Source of the DNA: Anaeromyxobacteraceae bacterium
GTDB lineage: Bacteria > Myxococcota > Myxococcia > Myxococcales > Anaeromyxobacteraceae
Direction: 5' to 3'
Length of the DNA stretch: 64,000 nt
Assembly: GCA_032654565.1 (NCBI GenBank)
Contig: JAULAX010000017.1
Coordinates: 352,001-416,000 of the forward strand
Below are positions 18,868 through 32,238 of this stretch, one piece after another. A program made the translations under genes and the position numbers. Every line of letters begins with the position of its first letter. Position 1 is the first letter of the stretch. A model generated the notes under the pieces. That model saw only the letters and a program-made list of their open reading frames with translations. It was not told the origin of the DNA and did not search any database.

Positions 18868-18920
18868 GAACGAGCCGGGCCGGACCCCGGGGAATCCCCG
18901 TGGTCCGGCCCGTTCCTGAG

Positions 18921-18992
18921 TGGGCGATGCAGGGCTCGAACCTGCGACCCCTGCCGTGTGAAGGCAGTGCTCTACCGCTGAGCTAATCGCCC
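18921..18992 (-). tRNA. tRNA-Val(CAC), CCA not encoded
   Basis: GGGCGAT acceptor stem; CTGCC-TTCACAC-GGCAG anticodon arm; GCAGG-TTCGAGC-CCTGC T arm. Confidence 0.97.
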
Positions 18993-19011
18993 GGGTGCTG
19001 CGAGGGCGCGG

Positions 19012-19040
19012 AGTATGCCGTCGAGCCCATGCGGTGTCAA
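19012..19040 (-). promoter_or_regulatory. Sigma70 promoter of tRNA-Val
   Basis: TTGACA-17 bp-CATACT. Confidence 0.8.
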
Positions 19041-19103
19041 CGGCGCCGCCACCATCCCCGGCCACGCACTCCCGGTGCGTGATCGCGCCCCCCGCTCCTG
19101 GGG

Positions 19104-20720
<1,617 letters not shown>

Positions 20721-20769
20721 GCCGGATCTCTAGCATGGTTCGGCGACCCCCCGAAGAAGGCGGCCCCGG

Positions 20770-22920
20770 CTAGAACGGCACGTCCTTGCCCGGTTCGCCG
20801 CCCCCGCCCTCTCCGGCCGCCTCGCCCGGCCCGGCTTCGCCGAAGAGCGGCGGCAGGTGGCGGGCGCCCGCGGCCCCCAGCGCCGGGGCGGCCGGCCCGG
20901 CCGGGAGCGGCGGCGCCCCCTCACCGTCGTCGAGCTGCCAGCGGTCGCAGAGCGCCGGCTCGGCCGGCAGCTCCTCGAGGAAGCGCGAGGCCTTCATCAC
21001 CACCCGCTCCCGGTCGCGCGGCGCCGCCATCACCGGGTAGCAGAGGTAGAGCTCGTCCTTGGCGCGGGTGCACGCCACGTAGAAGAGCCGCCGCTCCTCC
21101 TCCTCGCCGTCGCGGTCCTTGAGCGCCTGGGCGCTGGGGAAGCGGCCGTCGGCCAGCCAGACCACGAAGACCGCCCGCCACTCCAGCCCCTTGGCCTGGT
21201 GGACGCTGGAGAGGACCATCTTCTCGTCCGGCTCCCCGCCCTCGCTCACCGTCTCGGCGGAGAGCTCGGAGAGCAGCGAGATCTCGGCCAGGAAGGTCTC
21301 GGTGTCGGCCCAGCCGCGGGCATACTCGGCCAGCTGGCGCAGGTCCTCCAGCCGGGAGTCGGCGTTGACGAACTCGGCCCGCAGGTAGGCCTCGTAGCCG
21401 CCGGCCAGCACCGCCTCGATCGACTCCCCGGGGAGGTCGCAGGTGGGGCGCCGGGCCAGCCCCCGCAGCACCTCCACCAGCGCCAGGTAGCCGGGGCGCC
21501 CCTTGCCCGGCACCTGGGCCAGCACCTCGGGGAGCCCCAGGTCGTCCACCGCGCCGCCCCCCCGGCGCCGCGCCACCAGCGTGGCCCAGACCGCCTGGGC
21601 GGTGGCGGTGCCGATCCCCGGCGTCACCTTGAGGCAGCGCTTCAGGGCCAGCTCGTCGCCGGGGTTGCGGACGAAGCGCAGGTGGGCCAGCACGTCCTTG
21701 ACGTGGGCGGCCTCGAAGAAGCGCACCCCGGAGCGGACCACGAAGGGGATGCCCCGCCGCGCCAGCTCGAACTGGATCTCCATGGCGTGGTGGTGGGCCC
21801 GGTAGAGGACGGCGATCTCCGGGAGCGGCACCCCCTCGTCGCGCAGCTCCAGCACCCGCTGGGCGGTGAAGGCGGCCTGCTGGAAGAGGTCGCGGCAGGG
21901 CACCAGCGCCGGCAGCGGCCCGTCGGCCCGCACGCTGGTCAGCTCCTTCTCGAACTGCTTCAGGTTGCAGGCGATGGAGGCGTTGGCCAGCGAGAGGATC
22001 TGCGGGGTGGACCGGTAGTTGACGGTGAGCGCGAAGCGGCGCGCCGCCGGGTAGCGCCGCTCGAACTCGAGGATGTTGGCGAAGTGGGCGCCGCGGAAGC
22101 CGTAGATGCTCTGGGCGTCGTCGCCGACCACGCAGAGGTCCTGGTGGTCCTGGGCCAGCAGGTCGATGACGTCGCCCTGCAGCCGGTTGGTGTCCTGGTA
22201 CTCGTCCACCAGCAGGTGGCGGAAGCGCTCCCCCAGCGCCCGCCGCACCGGCTCGTGCTCGGCCAGCAGCACCTTCCAGTTGAGCAGCAGGTCGTCGAAG
22301 TCCATGGCGTTGAGGTCGCGCTTGCGCTCGGCGAAGCGCCTCGCCACCCGCAGCAGCTCGTCGGTGAGCGGCACGAACTGCGGCCGGCGCGTCGCCACCA
22401 CCTCGGCCAGCGGGGTCTGGGTGTTGACGGCCATGGAGACGAGATCCACCAGCACGTCGGCCTTGGGGAAGCGGCGCGCCCCCACCGCCAGCCCGCAGTC
22501 GGCCACCGCCGCGCTCATCACGTCGTCGGCGTCCTCGCGGTCGAGGATGGAGTAGCCGCGGGCGTAGCCGAGCGTGGCGGCGTGCTCGCGCAGCACCTGG
22601 TGGGCCACGTGGTGGAAGGTGCCGCCGGTGAGCCTGCGGGTCTCCACCCGGGAGACCTCCTCCACCCGGCGCAGCATCTCCCGCGCCGCCTTGTTGGTGA
22701 AGGTGAGGAGCAGGATCGACTCCGGGGAGGCCCCCTGGTGGAGCAGCCGGGCCACCCGCCAGGTGAGGGTGCGGGTCTTGCCCGAGCCGGCGCCGGCCAC
22801 CACCAGGATGGGGCCGGGCGGCGCCTCCACCACCGCCACCTGCTGCTCGTTGAGCAGCCCGTGGTAGTCGAGCGGGGGGCCGCCGCGGGGGGCGCCGGTG
22901 AGCTTGTAGATCCGTGACAT
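20770..22920 (-). CDS. UvrD/PcrA-family SF1 DNA helicase
   Basis: AGAGSGKT, VDEYQD, GDDAQSIY, NYRST, HQAKGLE and EERRLFYVACTRA motifs. Confidence 0.93.
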   Translation of the reverse strand: MSRIYKLTGAPRGGPPLDYHGLLNEQQVAVVEAPPGPILVVAGAGSGKTRTLTWRVARLLHQGASPESILLLTFTNKAAREMLRRVEEVSRVETRRLTGGTFHHVAHQVLREHAATLGYARGYSILDREDADDVMSAAVADCGLAVGARRFPKADVLVDLVSMAVNTQTPLAEVVATRRPQFVPLTDELLRVARRFAERKRDLNAMDFDDLLLNWKVLLAEHEPVRRALGERFRHLLVDEYQDTNRLQGDVIDLLAQDHQDLCVVGDDAQSIYGFRGAHFANILEFERRYPAARRFALTVNYRSTPQILSLANASIACNLKQFEKELTSVRADGPLPALVPCRDLFQQAAFTAQRVLELRDEGVPLPEIAVLYRAHHHAMEIQFELARRGIPFVVRSGVRFFEAAHVKDVLAHLRFVRNPGDELALKRCLKVTPGIGTATAQAVWATLVARRRGGGAVDDLGLPEVLAQVPGKGRPGYLALVEVLRGLARRPTCDLPGESIEAVLAGGYEAYLRAEFVNADSRLEDLRQLAEYARGWADTETFLAEISLLSELSAETVSEGGEPDEKMVLSSVHQAKGLEWRAVFVVWLADGRFPSAQALKDRDGEEEERRLFYVACTRAKDELYLCYPVMAAPRDRERVVMKASRFLEELPAEPALCDRWQLDDGEGAPPLPAGPAAPALGAAGARHLPPLFGEAGPGEAAGEGGGGEPGKDVPF

Positions 22921-22933
22921 GCGTTCAGGGCCG

Positions 22934-22962
22934 AAGGTACCGCCGCCGCGGCGGAGCGTCAA
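22934..22962 (-). promoter_or_regulatory. Sigma70 promoter of the helicase gene
   Basis: TTGACG-17 bp-TACCTT. Confidence 0.7.
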
Positions 22963-23008
22963 ACCCCGCGGCCCGGCCCGGGCAGGTCCGCGGGCCTCCG
23001 CCGCCGCG

Positions 23009-24133
23009 CTAGCCGAAGACGTCGAACCGGCCGCAGGAGCGGCAGCGCCACTCCCGGGCCGACGCCTCGGCGCCGCAGCGGCCGCAGCGGGGCGGCTCGG
23101 CCTTGCGCCGCAGGGCCTCCATGGTCAGGGCGTGGCGGACCGCCAGCTCCTCCGGCTCCACCGGCGAGGGTGTCTCGACGCGCCGCAGCAGCTCGCGGAG
23201 CGCCAGCGTCACCTCCCCGGTCCGGTCGAGCCGCAGCGCCTCCCCGGCCTCCTCCAGCGCCTCGGGCCGCCGCCCGGCGAGCCGGAGCAGCCGGGCCCGC
23301 AGCAGCCGCAGCGCCCCGTCCTCCGGCCGGGCCGCCAGCAGGGGCTCCAGCCGGGCCAGCGCCGACGCCGGCGCCGTCACCCGCTCCAGCACCGGCCCCG
23401 CCAGCAGCGCCGCCCCGGGCTCGCGCAGCAGCGCCTCGACCAGGTCGTCGAGCGCCGCCGCCGCCTCCCCGGCCGCCGCCAGCACCTCGGCCCGGGCCAG
23501 CCGGGCGTCGGCGCACGCCCCGTCGGCCTCCACCGCCTCGTCGGCGGTGGCCCGCGCCGGCCCGCTCCGGCCGGCCGCCAGCTCGACCCGCGCCGCCGCG
23601 GCCAGCAGGTGGGCGCGCAGCCTGGCCGAGCCCGGCCCCGGCAGCCCGGCCTGCAGCGCCGCCGCCTCCCGCCACAGCCCCTGGTCGGCCCGCACCTCGC
23701 GCAGCGCCTCGGCCGCCTCGCGCCCGGCGACGGCGCGCGGCGCCAGCAGCTCGACCGCCTCCGCCAGCATGCCGGCGCGGCGGTAGTCCTGGGCCAGCTC
23801 CAGCTCCACCTCGCCCCGCCGGGCCGGGTCGAGCAGCCCGGAGACCAGCATGTTGCGATGGAGCCGGATGGCCCGGGACAGGTCGCCGGTCCGGCGGAAG
23901 AGCGCCCCCAGCGCCAGGTAGGTGTCGAGCGCCTGGGGCGTGCCGAGGCGAGCGGCGTCGGAGAGCGCCTCGATGGCCGCGTCCGGGTCGTCGGAGATCA
24001 TGGAGCGGACGCCGGCGAGGATGGCCTTGGCCTCGCTGCGGCGGCGGCGGTGACGGCTCATGGCCAGGAGGATGGCCCCCAGCGCCGCCCCGGCGGCCAC
24101 CACCTCGGCCAGCTGGCGTTGGTCGAGCTCCAC
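23009..24133 (-). CDS. lapB: LapB/YciM-like TPR protein
   Basis: N-terminal TM helix; LGALFRRTGD..RAIRLH; C-terminal CxxC...CxxC rubredoxin-like motif. Confidence 0.75.
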   Translation of the reverse strand: MELDQRQLAEVVAAGAALGAILLAMSRHRRRRSEAKAILAGVRSMISDDPDAAIEALSDAARLGTPQALDTYLALGALFRRTGDLSRAIRLHRNMLVSGLLDPARRGEVELELAQDYRRAGMLAEAVELLAPRAVAGREAAEALREVRADQGLWREAAALQAGLPGPGSARLRAHLLAAAARVELAAGRSGPARATADEAVEADGACADARLARAEVLAAAGEAAAALDDLVEALLREPGAALLAGPVLERVTAPASALARLEPLLAARPEDGALRLLRARLLRLAGRRPEALEEAGEALRLDRTGEVTLALRELLRRVETPSPVEPEELAVRHALTMEALRRKAEPPRCGRCGAEASAREWRCRSCGRFDVFG

Positions 24134-24142
24134 CCGTGGGCC

Positions 24143-24637
24143 TCAGGGCCCCGCGTCGAAGCCGGCGCGGACCTTCGCCCAGGTGGTGTCGAGGTGGTCG
24201 ACCATGACCCGGATGTCGGCCAGCACCGGCATGAAGTTGTTGTCGCCGCTCCAGCGCGGCACCAGGTGCCAGTGGAGGTGGTCGACGATCCCGGCCCCGC
24301 CCGCCTGGCCCAGGTTCATGCCGATGTTGAGCCCATCCGGCCGGTGGGTGGCGCGCAGCACCGCCGCGGTCCGGCGCAGCAGCCCCTGCAGCCCGTCCCA
24401 CTCCGGCGCCGGCAGCGCCGCCAGGTCGGCCCCGTGCCGCCGCGGCACCACCATGAGGTGGCCTGAGTTGTAGGGGTAGCGGTTGAGGATGACGAAGGCG
24501 TGCGGGTCGCGGTGGACGATCAGGTTGGTGCGATCGTCGGCCTCCGGCGCCGCCGGGAAGTCACAGAAGATGCACCCGGCCGGCTTCTGGCCGGCGATGA
24601 ACTCCATCCGCCACGGCGCCCAGATCGGCTGCTCCAT
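24143..24637 (-). CDS. HIT-family hydrolase
   Basis: WAPWR, NRYPYNSGH and HLHWH motifs. Confidence 0.9.
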   Translation of the reverse strand: MEQPIWAPWRMEFIAGQKPAGCIFCDFPAAPEADDRTNLIVHRDPHAFVILNRYPYNSGHLMVVPRRHGADLAALPAPEWDGLQGLLRRTAAVLRATHRPDGLNIGMNLGQAGGAGIVDHLHWHLVPRWSGDNNFMPVLADIRVMVDHLDTTWAKVRAGFDAGP

Positions 24638-24646
24638 GCCGCCCCC

Positions 24647-25741
24647 TCACCGCGACAGGAAGTAGAGGCCGGGCTGGCGGGCCTCGCTGGCCTCGGCCGC
24701 CAGCTCCGCCCGCACCGCCTGGGCCACGGCGCGCGCCCCGCCGGACACCAGCTGCTCGAAGAAGCGGGCCCCCTCCTCGGGCGGGTAGACCAGCGTCGGC
24801 TCGCCGGTCTGGCCGGCCTCCTTCATGGCCAGGTCCACCGCGGTGTAGAAGTTGCCCAGGTCGTCCACCAGCCCCAGCTCCTTGGCGTCCTCGCCGGTGA
24901 TGACCCGGCCGTCGGCCACCGCCCGGACCTCGGCCTCCGGCAGCTTGCGCCCCTCGACCACCGCGGCCAGGAACTGCTCGAAGATCCGGTTGGTGGTCTC
25001 CTGCCAGTACTCCCGCTCCTCCGGCGCCATCTCGCGGAAGGGGCTGCCCATGTCCTTGAGCTTGCCGCTCTTGATGGTCTCGAACTTGAGGTCGAGGCGG
25101 GCCACCAGCCCCTTGGCGTTGACGAACTGGCTGATGACGCCGATCGAGCCGGTCAGGGTCCCCGGCTGGGCCACGATCCTGGTGCAGCCCACCGCCACGT
25201 AGAAGCCCCCCGAGGCGGCGATGTTGCCCAGCGAGCAGACCACCGGCTTCTTCTTGGCGACCCTCTGCACCTCCTCGAAGATCTCCTGCGACGGCGCCAC
25301 CGCGCCGCCGGGCGAGTCGATGCGCACCAGCAGCGCCTTGATCGAGGTGTCGTCGGCGAAGCGGCGCAGCTGCTTCATGACCCGCTCGGCGTCGACGCCG
25401 CCCGGCCCGGCGCCGATGGCCCCCTTCACCTCCACCACGCCGATGCGCGGGCCGCCGCCGAGGTGCGGGGTCTCGCCCTTGACCACGCCGTAGGCCAGCG
25501 CCAGGAAGGCGAAGAAGACCAGGAAGAGACCGCCGAAGATGGAGGCGACCACCGCCAGCGCCAGCCGGTCACGCTTCGGCGGCGGCGGCGGCGCCACCGT
25601 CGAGGGCAGCGGCCCCCAGCCCACCGGGGGGGCGCCCCAGGCGGCCGCCGGGGGCGGCAGCGGCGGCGGGTCGGCCGGGGCGGTCCGCGGGGGATCGAGC
25701 GGGGTGGTGGGGAGCGGTTCGTTCGGGTCGCGAGGGTCCAT
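24647..25741 (-). CDS. sppA: Signal peptide peptidase SppA
   Basis: IDSPGG, AASGGFY and TGSIGV motifs. Confidence 0.92.
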   Translation of the reverse strand: MDPRDPNEPLPTTPLDPPRTAPADPPPLPPPAAAWGAPPVGWGPLPSTVAPPPPPKRDRLALAVVASIFGGLFLVFFAFLALAYGVVKGETPHLGGGPRIGVVEVKGAIGAGPGGVDAERVMKQLRRFADDTSIKALLVRIDSPGGAVAPSQEIFEEVQRVAKKKPVVCSLGNIAASGGFYVAVGCTRIVAQPGTLTGSIGVISQFVNAKGLVARLDLKFETIKSGKLKDMGSPFREMAPEEREYWQETTNRIFEQFLAAVVEGRKLPEAEVRAVADGRVITGEDAKELGLVDDLGNFYTAVDLAMKEAGQTGEPTLVYPPEEGARFFEQLVSGGARAVAQAVRAELAAEASEARQPGLYFLSR

Positions 25742-25802
25742 GCGGCTGCGAGGTAATCACGCGCCGCCCGTGGTCGCAACAGGGGCAGGCCCCGAAAATG
25801 AG

Positions 25803-25832
25803 GAAGGCGGCCCGCCGGAGCGAGCCGCCTTC
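25803..25832 (-). terminator. Hairpin after rpsA
   Basis: GAAGGCGGC...GCCGCCTTC stem. Confidence 0.6.
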
Positions 25833-25867
25833 GGTGCTTCCCGGGCCCGCGGGGTGCGGGCCGCCGG

Positions 25868-27574
<1,707 letters not shown>

Positions 27575-27733
27575 GCGTTTGGGCTCTGGCTTTTCTCGGA
27601 GGGCGCCGGCCGAAAGGAGCTGCTGGGCCGCCGCCGCTGCGTATTGCCCCTGGTGGGAATTCACTCGGAAGGACCCGGGGATCGAGGCCCGCCGCGGGCA
27701 CCGGGAACACCCCGGCACCATGAAAGAGGGCGC

Positions 27734-27762
27734 AAGCTACACGCCTGAAAATGACCCGTCAA
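27734..27762 (-). promoter_or_regulatory. Sigma70 promoter of rpsA
   Basis: TTGACG-17 bp-TAGCTT. Confidence 0.75.
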
Positions 27763-27782
27763 TAGGGGGCTGGTCCTTCGGG

Positions 27783-28640
27783 TCAGGCCGCGCCCACCGG
27801 CTGGCCGTGCAGGCCGCGCAGCCAGCCGGCCACGCCCTCGACCACCCAGTCCGGCGTCGAGGCGCCGGCCGACAGGCCGACCACCTGGCAGCCGTCGAAC
27901 CACTCCGGGCAGAGCTCGGCCTCGGTCTCCACGTGCCAGGTGCGGGGCTGGATGGCCCGGCAGATCTCGGCGAGGTGGCGGGTGTTGGCGGAGTTCTTCC
28001 CGCCCACCACCACCACCGCGTCCACCTCGGCGGCCAGCGACCGGGCGTCGGCCTGGCGCTCCTCGGTGTCGTTGCAGATGGTGTTGACGGCGCGGACCTC
28101 CTTGTGGCGCAGCGCCAGCGCCCCCACCAGCCGCTCGAAGTCGGCGCCGATGCAGGTGGTCTGGGCGATCACCGCCACCTTCTTGTCCTTGATCACCGGC
28201 ACCTCGCCGCCCGGCTTGACCACCGTGCAGGGCCCCTCGGCGTAGGAGACCACGCCCTTGACCTCGGCGTGGTTGGCGTCGCCGACGATGACCAGGTGGT
28301 AGCCCTGCTTGGAGAGCCGCTGCGCCATGGCCTGGGGGTACTTCACGTAGGGGCAGGTGCCGTCGACCACGGTCAGGCCGCGGGCCTCGGCGGTCTCCAG
28401 CTCGGTCTTGACCGCGCCGTGGGTCCGCACCACCACGGTGGTGCCGGCCTCCACCTCGGCGATGGCGTTGACCGTGCCCACCCCCTTCTCCCGCATGCGA
28501 GCCACCGCCTGCGGGTTGTGGATGATGGGGCCGAGCGTCACCACCGGCCCGACCGCGTGGTCGGCCACCTGCATGACCTGGTCGACGGTGCGCCGCACTC
28601 CCCAGCAGAACCCGGCGGTGCGGGCGATCTTCACGTCCAT
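27783..28640 (-). CDS. ispH: 4-hydroxy-3-methylbut-2-enyl diphosphate reductase
   Basis: GFCWGV, IIHN, DGTCP, TICNDT and NSANT motifs. Confidence 0.95.
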   Translation of the reverse strand: MDVKIARTAGFCWGVRRTVDQVMQVADHAVGPVVTLGPIIHNPQAVARMREKGVGTVNAIAEVEAGTTVVVRTHGAVKTELETAEARGLTVVDGTCPYVKYPQAMAQRLSKQGYHLVIVGDANHAEVKGVVSYAEGPCTVVKPGGEVPVIKDKKVAVIAQTTCIGADFERLVGALALRHKEVRAVNTICNDTEERQADARSLAAEVDAVVVVGGKNSANTRHLAEICRAIQPRTWHVETEAELCPEWFDGCQVVGLSAGASTPDWVVEGVAGWLRGLHGQPVGAA

Positions 28641-28709
28641 GTGGGCTTCACCTCGCCGGTCTCATATAACGCCGCCGCGCCGCATCACAACCCGCGCTCC
28701 GGGCCGGGC

Positions 28710-29383
28710 CTACTTGTCGCCCCGGTCGCCGACGAAACGATCCTTTTCCTCCTTGAAGAGGACGTTGAAGGTGGTCAGCGAGCCGTAGCAGCGGGTCACG
28801 TACTGCTGCAGGTCCACCTTCTCGGCGTCGCTCAGCCTCTCGTGGGCGTTGAGCTTGGCCTCCAGCACCCGCAGCCGGTCGCGGATCATGATCACCTTGT
28901 GGAGCAGGGCGTCGAGCGGGATCTCCTTCGGCTGCGCCGAGGGGTCGCCCGGCTTGAGGATGATGCTGCCGCCCTCCCACTTGTTGGCCAGCCGGACCTC
29001 GGCGGAGTCCTCCTGCAGCACGTCGCGGATGGCCTGGGCGAACTCTTCGCGGGTCATGTCGGTGAGCTCCTCGGGTAGCGGGGTGGCGACCGGCGCGGGC
29101 CGGGCCACCGGGACGTAGGTGGTGACGGGGTGGGGCTCGCCGGGGCGGTGCACCACCACCGGGCGCAGCGCCGCGCCGCGCCGCGGGCGCTCGGCCTCGA
29201 CCGGCGGCGCCGTGGGCACCGCGGCGTCGCGGGCCAGGTAGCGCTCGCAGGGCGGGGCGCTGGCCGGCACGTCACCGAGCCGGACCAGCAGCCGGCAGGG
29301 TCCGACCGGTCCGCGGTCGTCGTCGGCGAGGTGGCGCCAGAGCCGGCAGTTCCCGCACTGGCGGGCGCCGACCAGCAGCTCGG

Positions 29384-29387
<4 letters not shown>
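28710..29387 (-). CDS. Hypothetical protein with N-terminal Cys cluster
   Basis: CGNC...C...C cluster and a helical C-terminus; overlaps the cmk stop codon. Confidence 0.75.
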
Positions 29388-30093
<706 letters not shown>

Positions 30094-30097
<4 letters not shown>

Positions 30098-31200
30098 GGG
30101 GCCGGCACCGCGGCCAGCACCGTGGCCAGCGCCGCCAGCAGCCGGGTGTTCTCGGCCGGCAGCCCCACCGTGAAGCGGAGCGCCGAGGGGAAGCCGTAGC
30201 CGGCCACCGGGCGGACCACCACCCCCTCGCGGAGCAGGGCCTCGAACAGCGCCGGGCCGCTCCGGCCGGGGAAGTCGGCCATGAGGAAGTTGCCCTGCGA
30301 CGGCGCCACCACCGCCCCCAGCGCCTTGAGCCCCGCCTCCAGCCGCGGGCGCTCCTCGCGCACCAGGGCCCGGGTCTTCTCGACGTGGTCGGTGTCGCCG
30401 AGCGCCGCCACCCCGGCCGCCTGGGCCACCAGGCTGGTGTTGAACGGGGCCCGGACCCGGTCGAGGAAGCCGACCAGCTCGGCGCGGGCCACGCCGTAGC
30501 CGAGCCGCAGCCCGGCCAGCCCGTAGATCTTGGAGAAGGTGCGCAGGATGACCAGGTTCGGGTACTTCTTGCGAAGCGCCAGCGCGTCCTGGAAGCCGGG
30601 CGCCTCCACGAACTCCACGTAGGCCTCGTCGAGCACCACCAGCGTCGACTTGGGCATGGCGTCGAGGAAGGGGACCAGCTCGCGCTCGGTGAACCAGGTG
30701 CCGGTGGGGTTGTCCGGGTTGGCGAGGAAGACCAGCTTGGTGCGGGAGTTGACGCGGGCCTTCAGGCCGTCGAGGTCGTAGTGGAAGCGCGCCTTCATGG
30801 GCGCCTCCACCAGGGTGCGTCCGTGGGCCTGGGTGGCCAGCCGGTAGGCCACGAAGCTCTGCGCCGAGGTCACCACCTCCTCGCCGTCGAGGACGAAGGT
30901 GCGGACCAGCAGCTCGATCAGCTCGTTGGAGCCGTTGCCGACGAAGACTTCCTCGAAGGCGACGCCGAGGTGGGCGGCCAGGGCCTGGCGCAGCAGGAAG
31001 GCCGAGCCGTCGGGGTAGAGGTGCACCTTGCCGGCCGCCTCCCGCGCCGCGGCCAGCGCCCGGGGGGACGGGCCCAGGGCGTTCTCGTTGGAGGCGAGCT
31101 TGGCGACGCCGGTGATCCCCAGCTCCCGCTCCACCTCCTCGATGGGCTTGCCGGGGACGTACGGGGTCAGCGAGGCGATGTTGGGCGGGACGAGGGCCAT
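30094..31200 (-). CDS. hisC: Histidinol-phosphate aminotransferase
   Basis: KLASNEN, DEAY and RTFSKIYGLAGLRLG motifs. Confidence 0.95.
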
Positions 31201-31239
31201 GGCTGGCCCGTTTTCATATCACGGCCGTCCGTCGCCGCC

Positions 31240-32208
31240 CTACTCGTCGGAGGTGAAGACGCCGATGGCCCGGTACTTCCGGTAGCGATCGGCGACGATC
31301 TGCTCGGGCGAGAGCTGCTTGAGCTGGGCCAGGTGGCGGCGGATGGCCTCGCCGACGTTGCGGGCCGCCAGGGCGTGGTCGCGGTGGGCGCCGCCCAGCG
31401 GCTCGGTGACGATCTCGTCGGTGATGCCGAAGCCGGAGAGGTCCTTGGCGGTCAGCTTGAGGGCCTCGGCGCTCTTCTTGGCCTGCCCGGCGTCGCGGTA
31501 GAGGATGGAGCTGCAGCTCTCCGGCGAGATGACGTTGTACCAGCTGTACTGCAGCATCAGGATCCGGCTGGTGACGCCGAGGCCGAGCGCGCCGCCCGAG
31601 GCCCCCTCGCCGATCACCGTGGAGATGGTGGGCACCGAGAGCCCGGACATCACCTCGAGGTTGACGGCGATGGCCTCGGCCTGGCCGCGCTCCTCGGCGC
31701 CGATGCCCGGGTAGGCGCCCGGGGTGTCGATGAAGATGAGCACCGGCAGCCGGAACCGCTCGGCCAGGTCGAAGAGCCGGCGCGCCTTGCGGTAGCCCTC
31801 GGGGCGGGGCATCCCGAAGTTGCGCACCATGTTCTCCTTGGTGCTGCGCCCCTTCTGGTGGCCCATGAAGAGCACCGGCGCCCCGTCGAAGCGGGCGAAG
31901 CCGGAGACGATGGCCCGGTCGGCGGCGAAGCGCCGGTCGCCCTCGATCTCGAAGAAGTCGGTGAAGAGGTGCTTCAGGTAGTCGAGCGTGTAGGGCCGGT
32001 TGGGGTGCCGGGCCAGCTGGACGATCTGCCAGGAGGTCAGGTCGTCGAAGATCTCGGCCTGGAGCTTGCGGGCCTTCCGCTCCAGCTTGAGGATCTCGTC
32101 GGTGAAGTCGACCTTGGCGCCGCCGGAGAGCTCCTTCAGCTCCTCGATCTTGGCCTGCAGCGCCAGCAGGGGCCGCTCGAAGTCGAGCGCGAACGTTGGC
32201 TTGATCAC
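31240..32208 (-). CDS. accA: Acetyl-CoA carboxylase carboxyltransferase alpha subunit
   Basis: LARHPNRP, PEGYRKA, IDTPGAYPG and GEGASGGAL motifs. Confidence 0.96.
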   Translation of the reverse strand: MIKPTFALDFERPLLALQAKIEELKELSGGAKVDFTDEILKLERKARKLQAEIFDDLTSWQIVQLARHPNRPYTLDYLKHLFTDFFEIEGDRRFAADRAIVSGFARFDGAPVLFMGHQKGRSTKENMVRNFGMPRPEGYRKARRLFDLAERFRLPVLIFIDTPGAYPGIGAEERGQAEAIAVNLEVMSGLSVPTISTVIGEGASGGALGLGVTSRILMLQYSWYNVISPESCSSILYRDAGQAKKSAEALKLTAKDLSGFGITDEIVTEPLGGAHRDHALAARNVGEAIRRHLAQLKQLSPEQIVADRYRKYRAIGVFTSDE

Positions 32209-32238
32209 CGGCGCCTTATATCACGCCGCCCAAACGAG

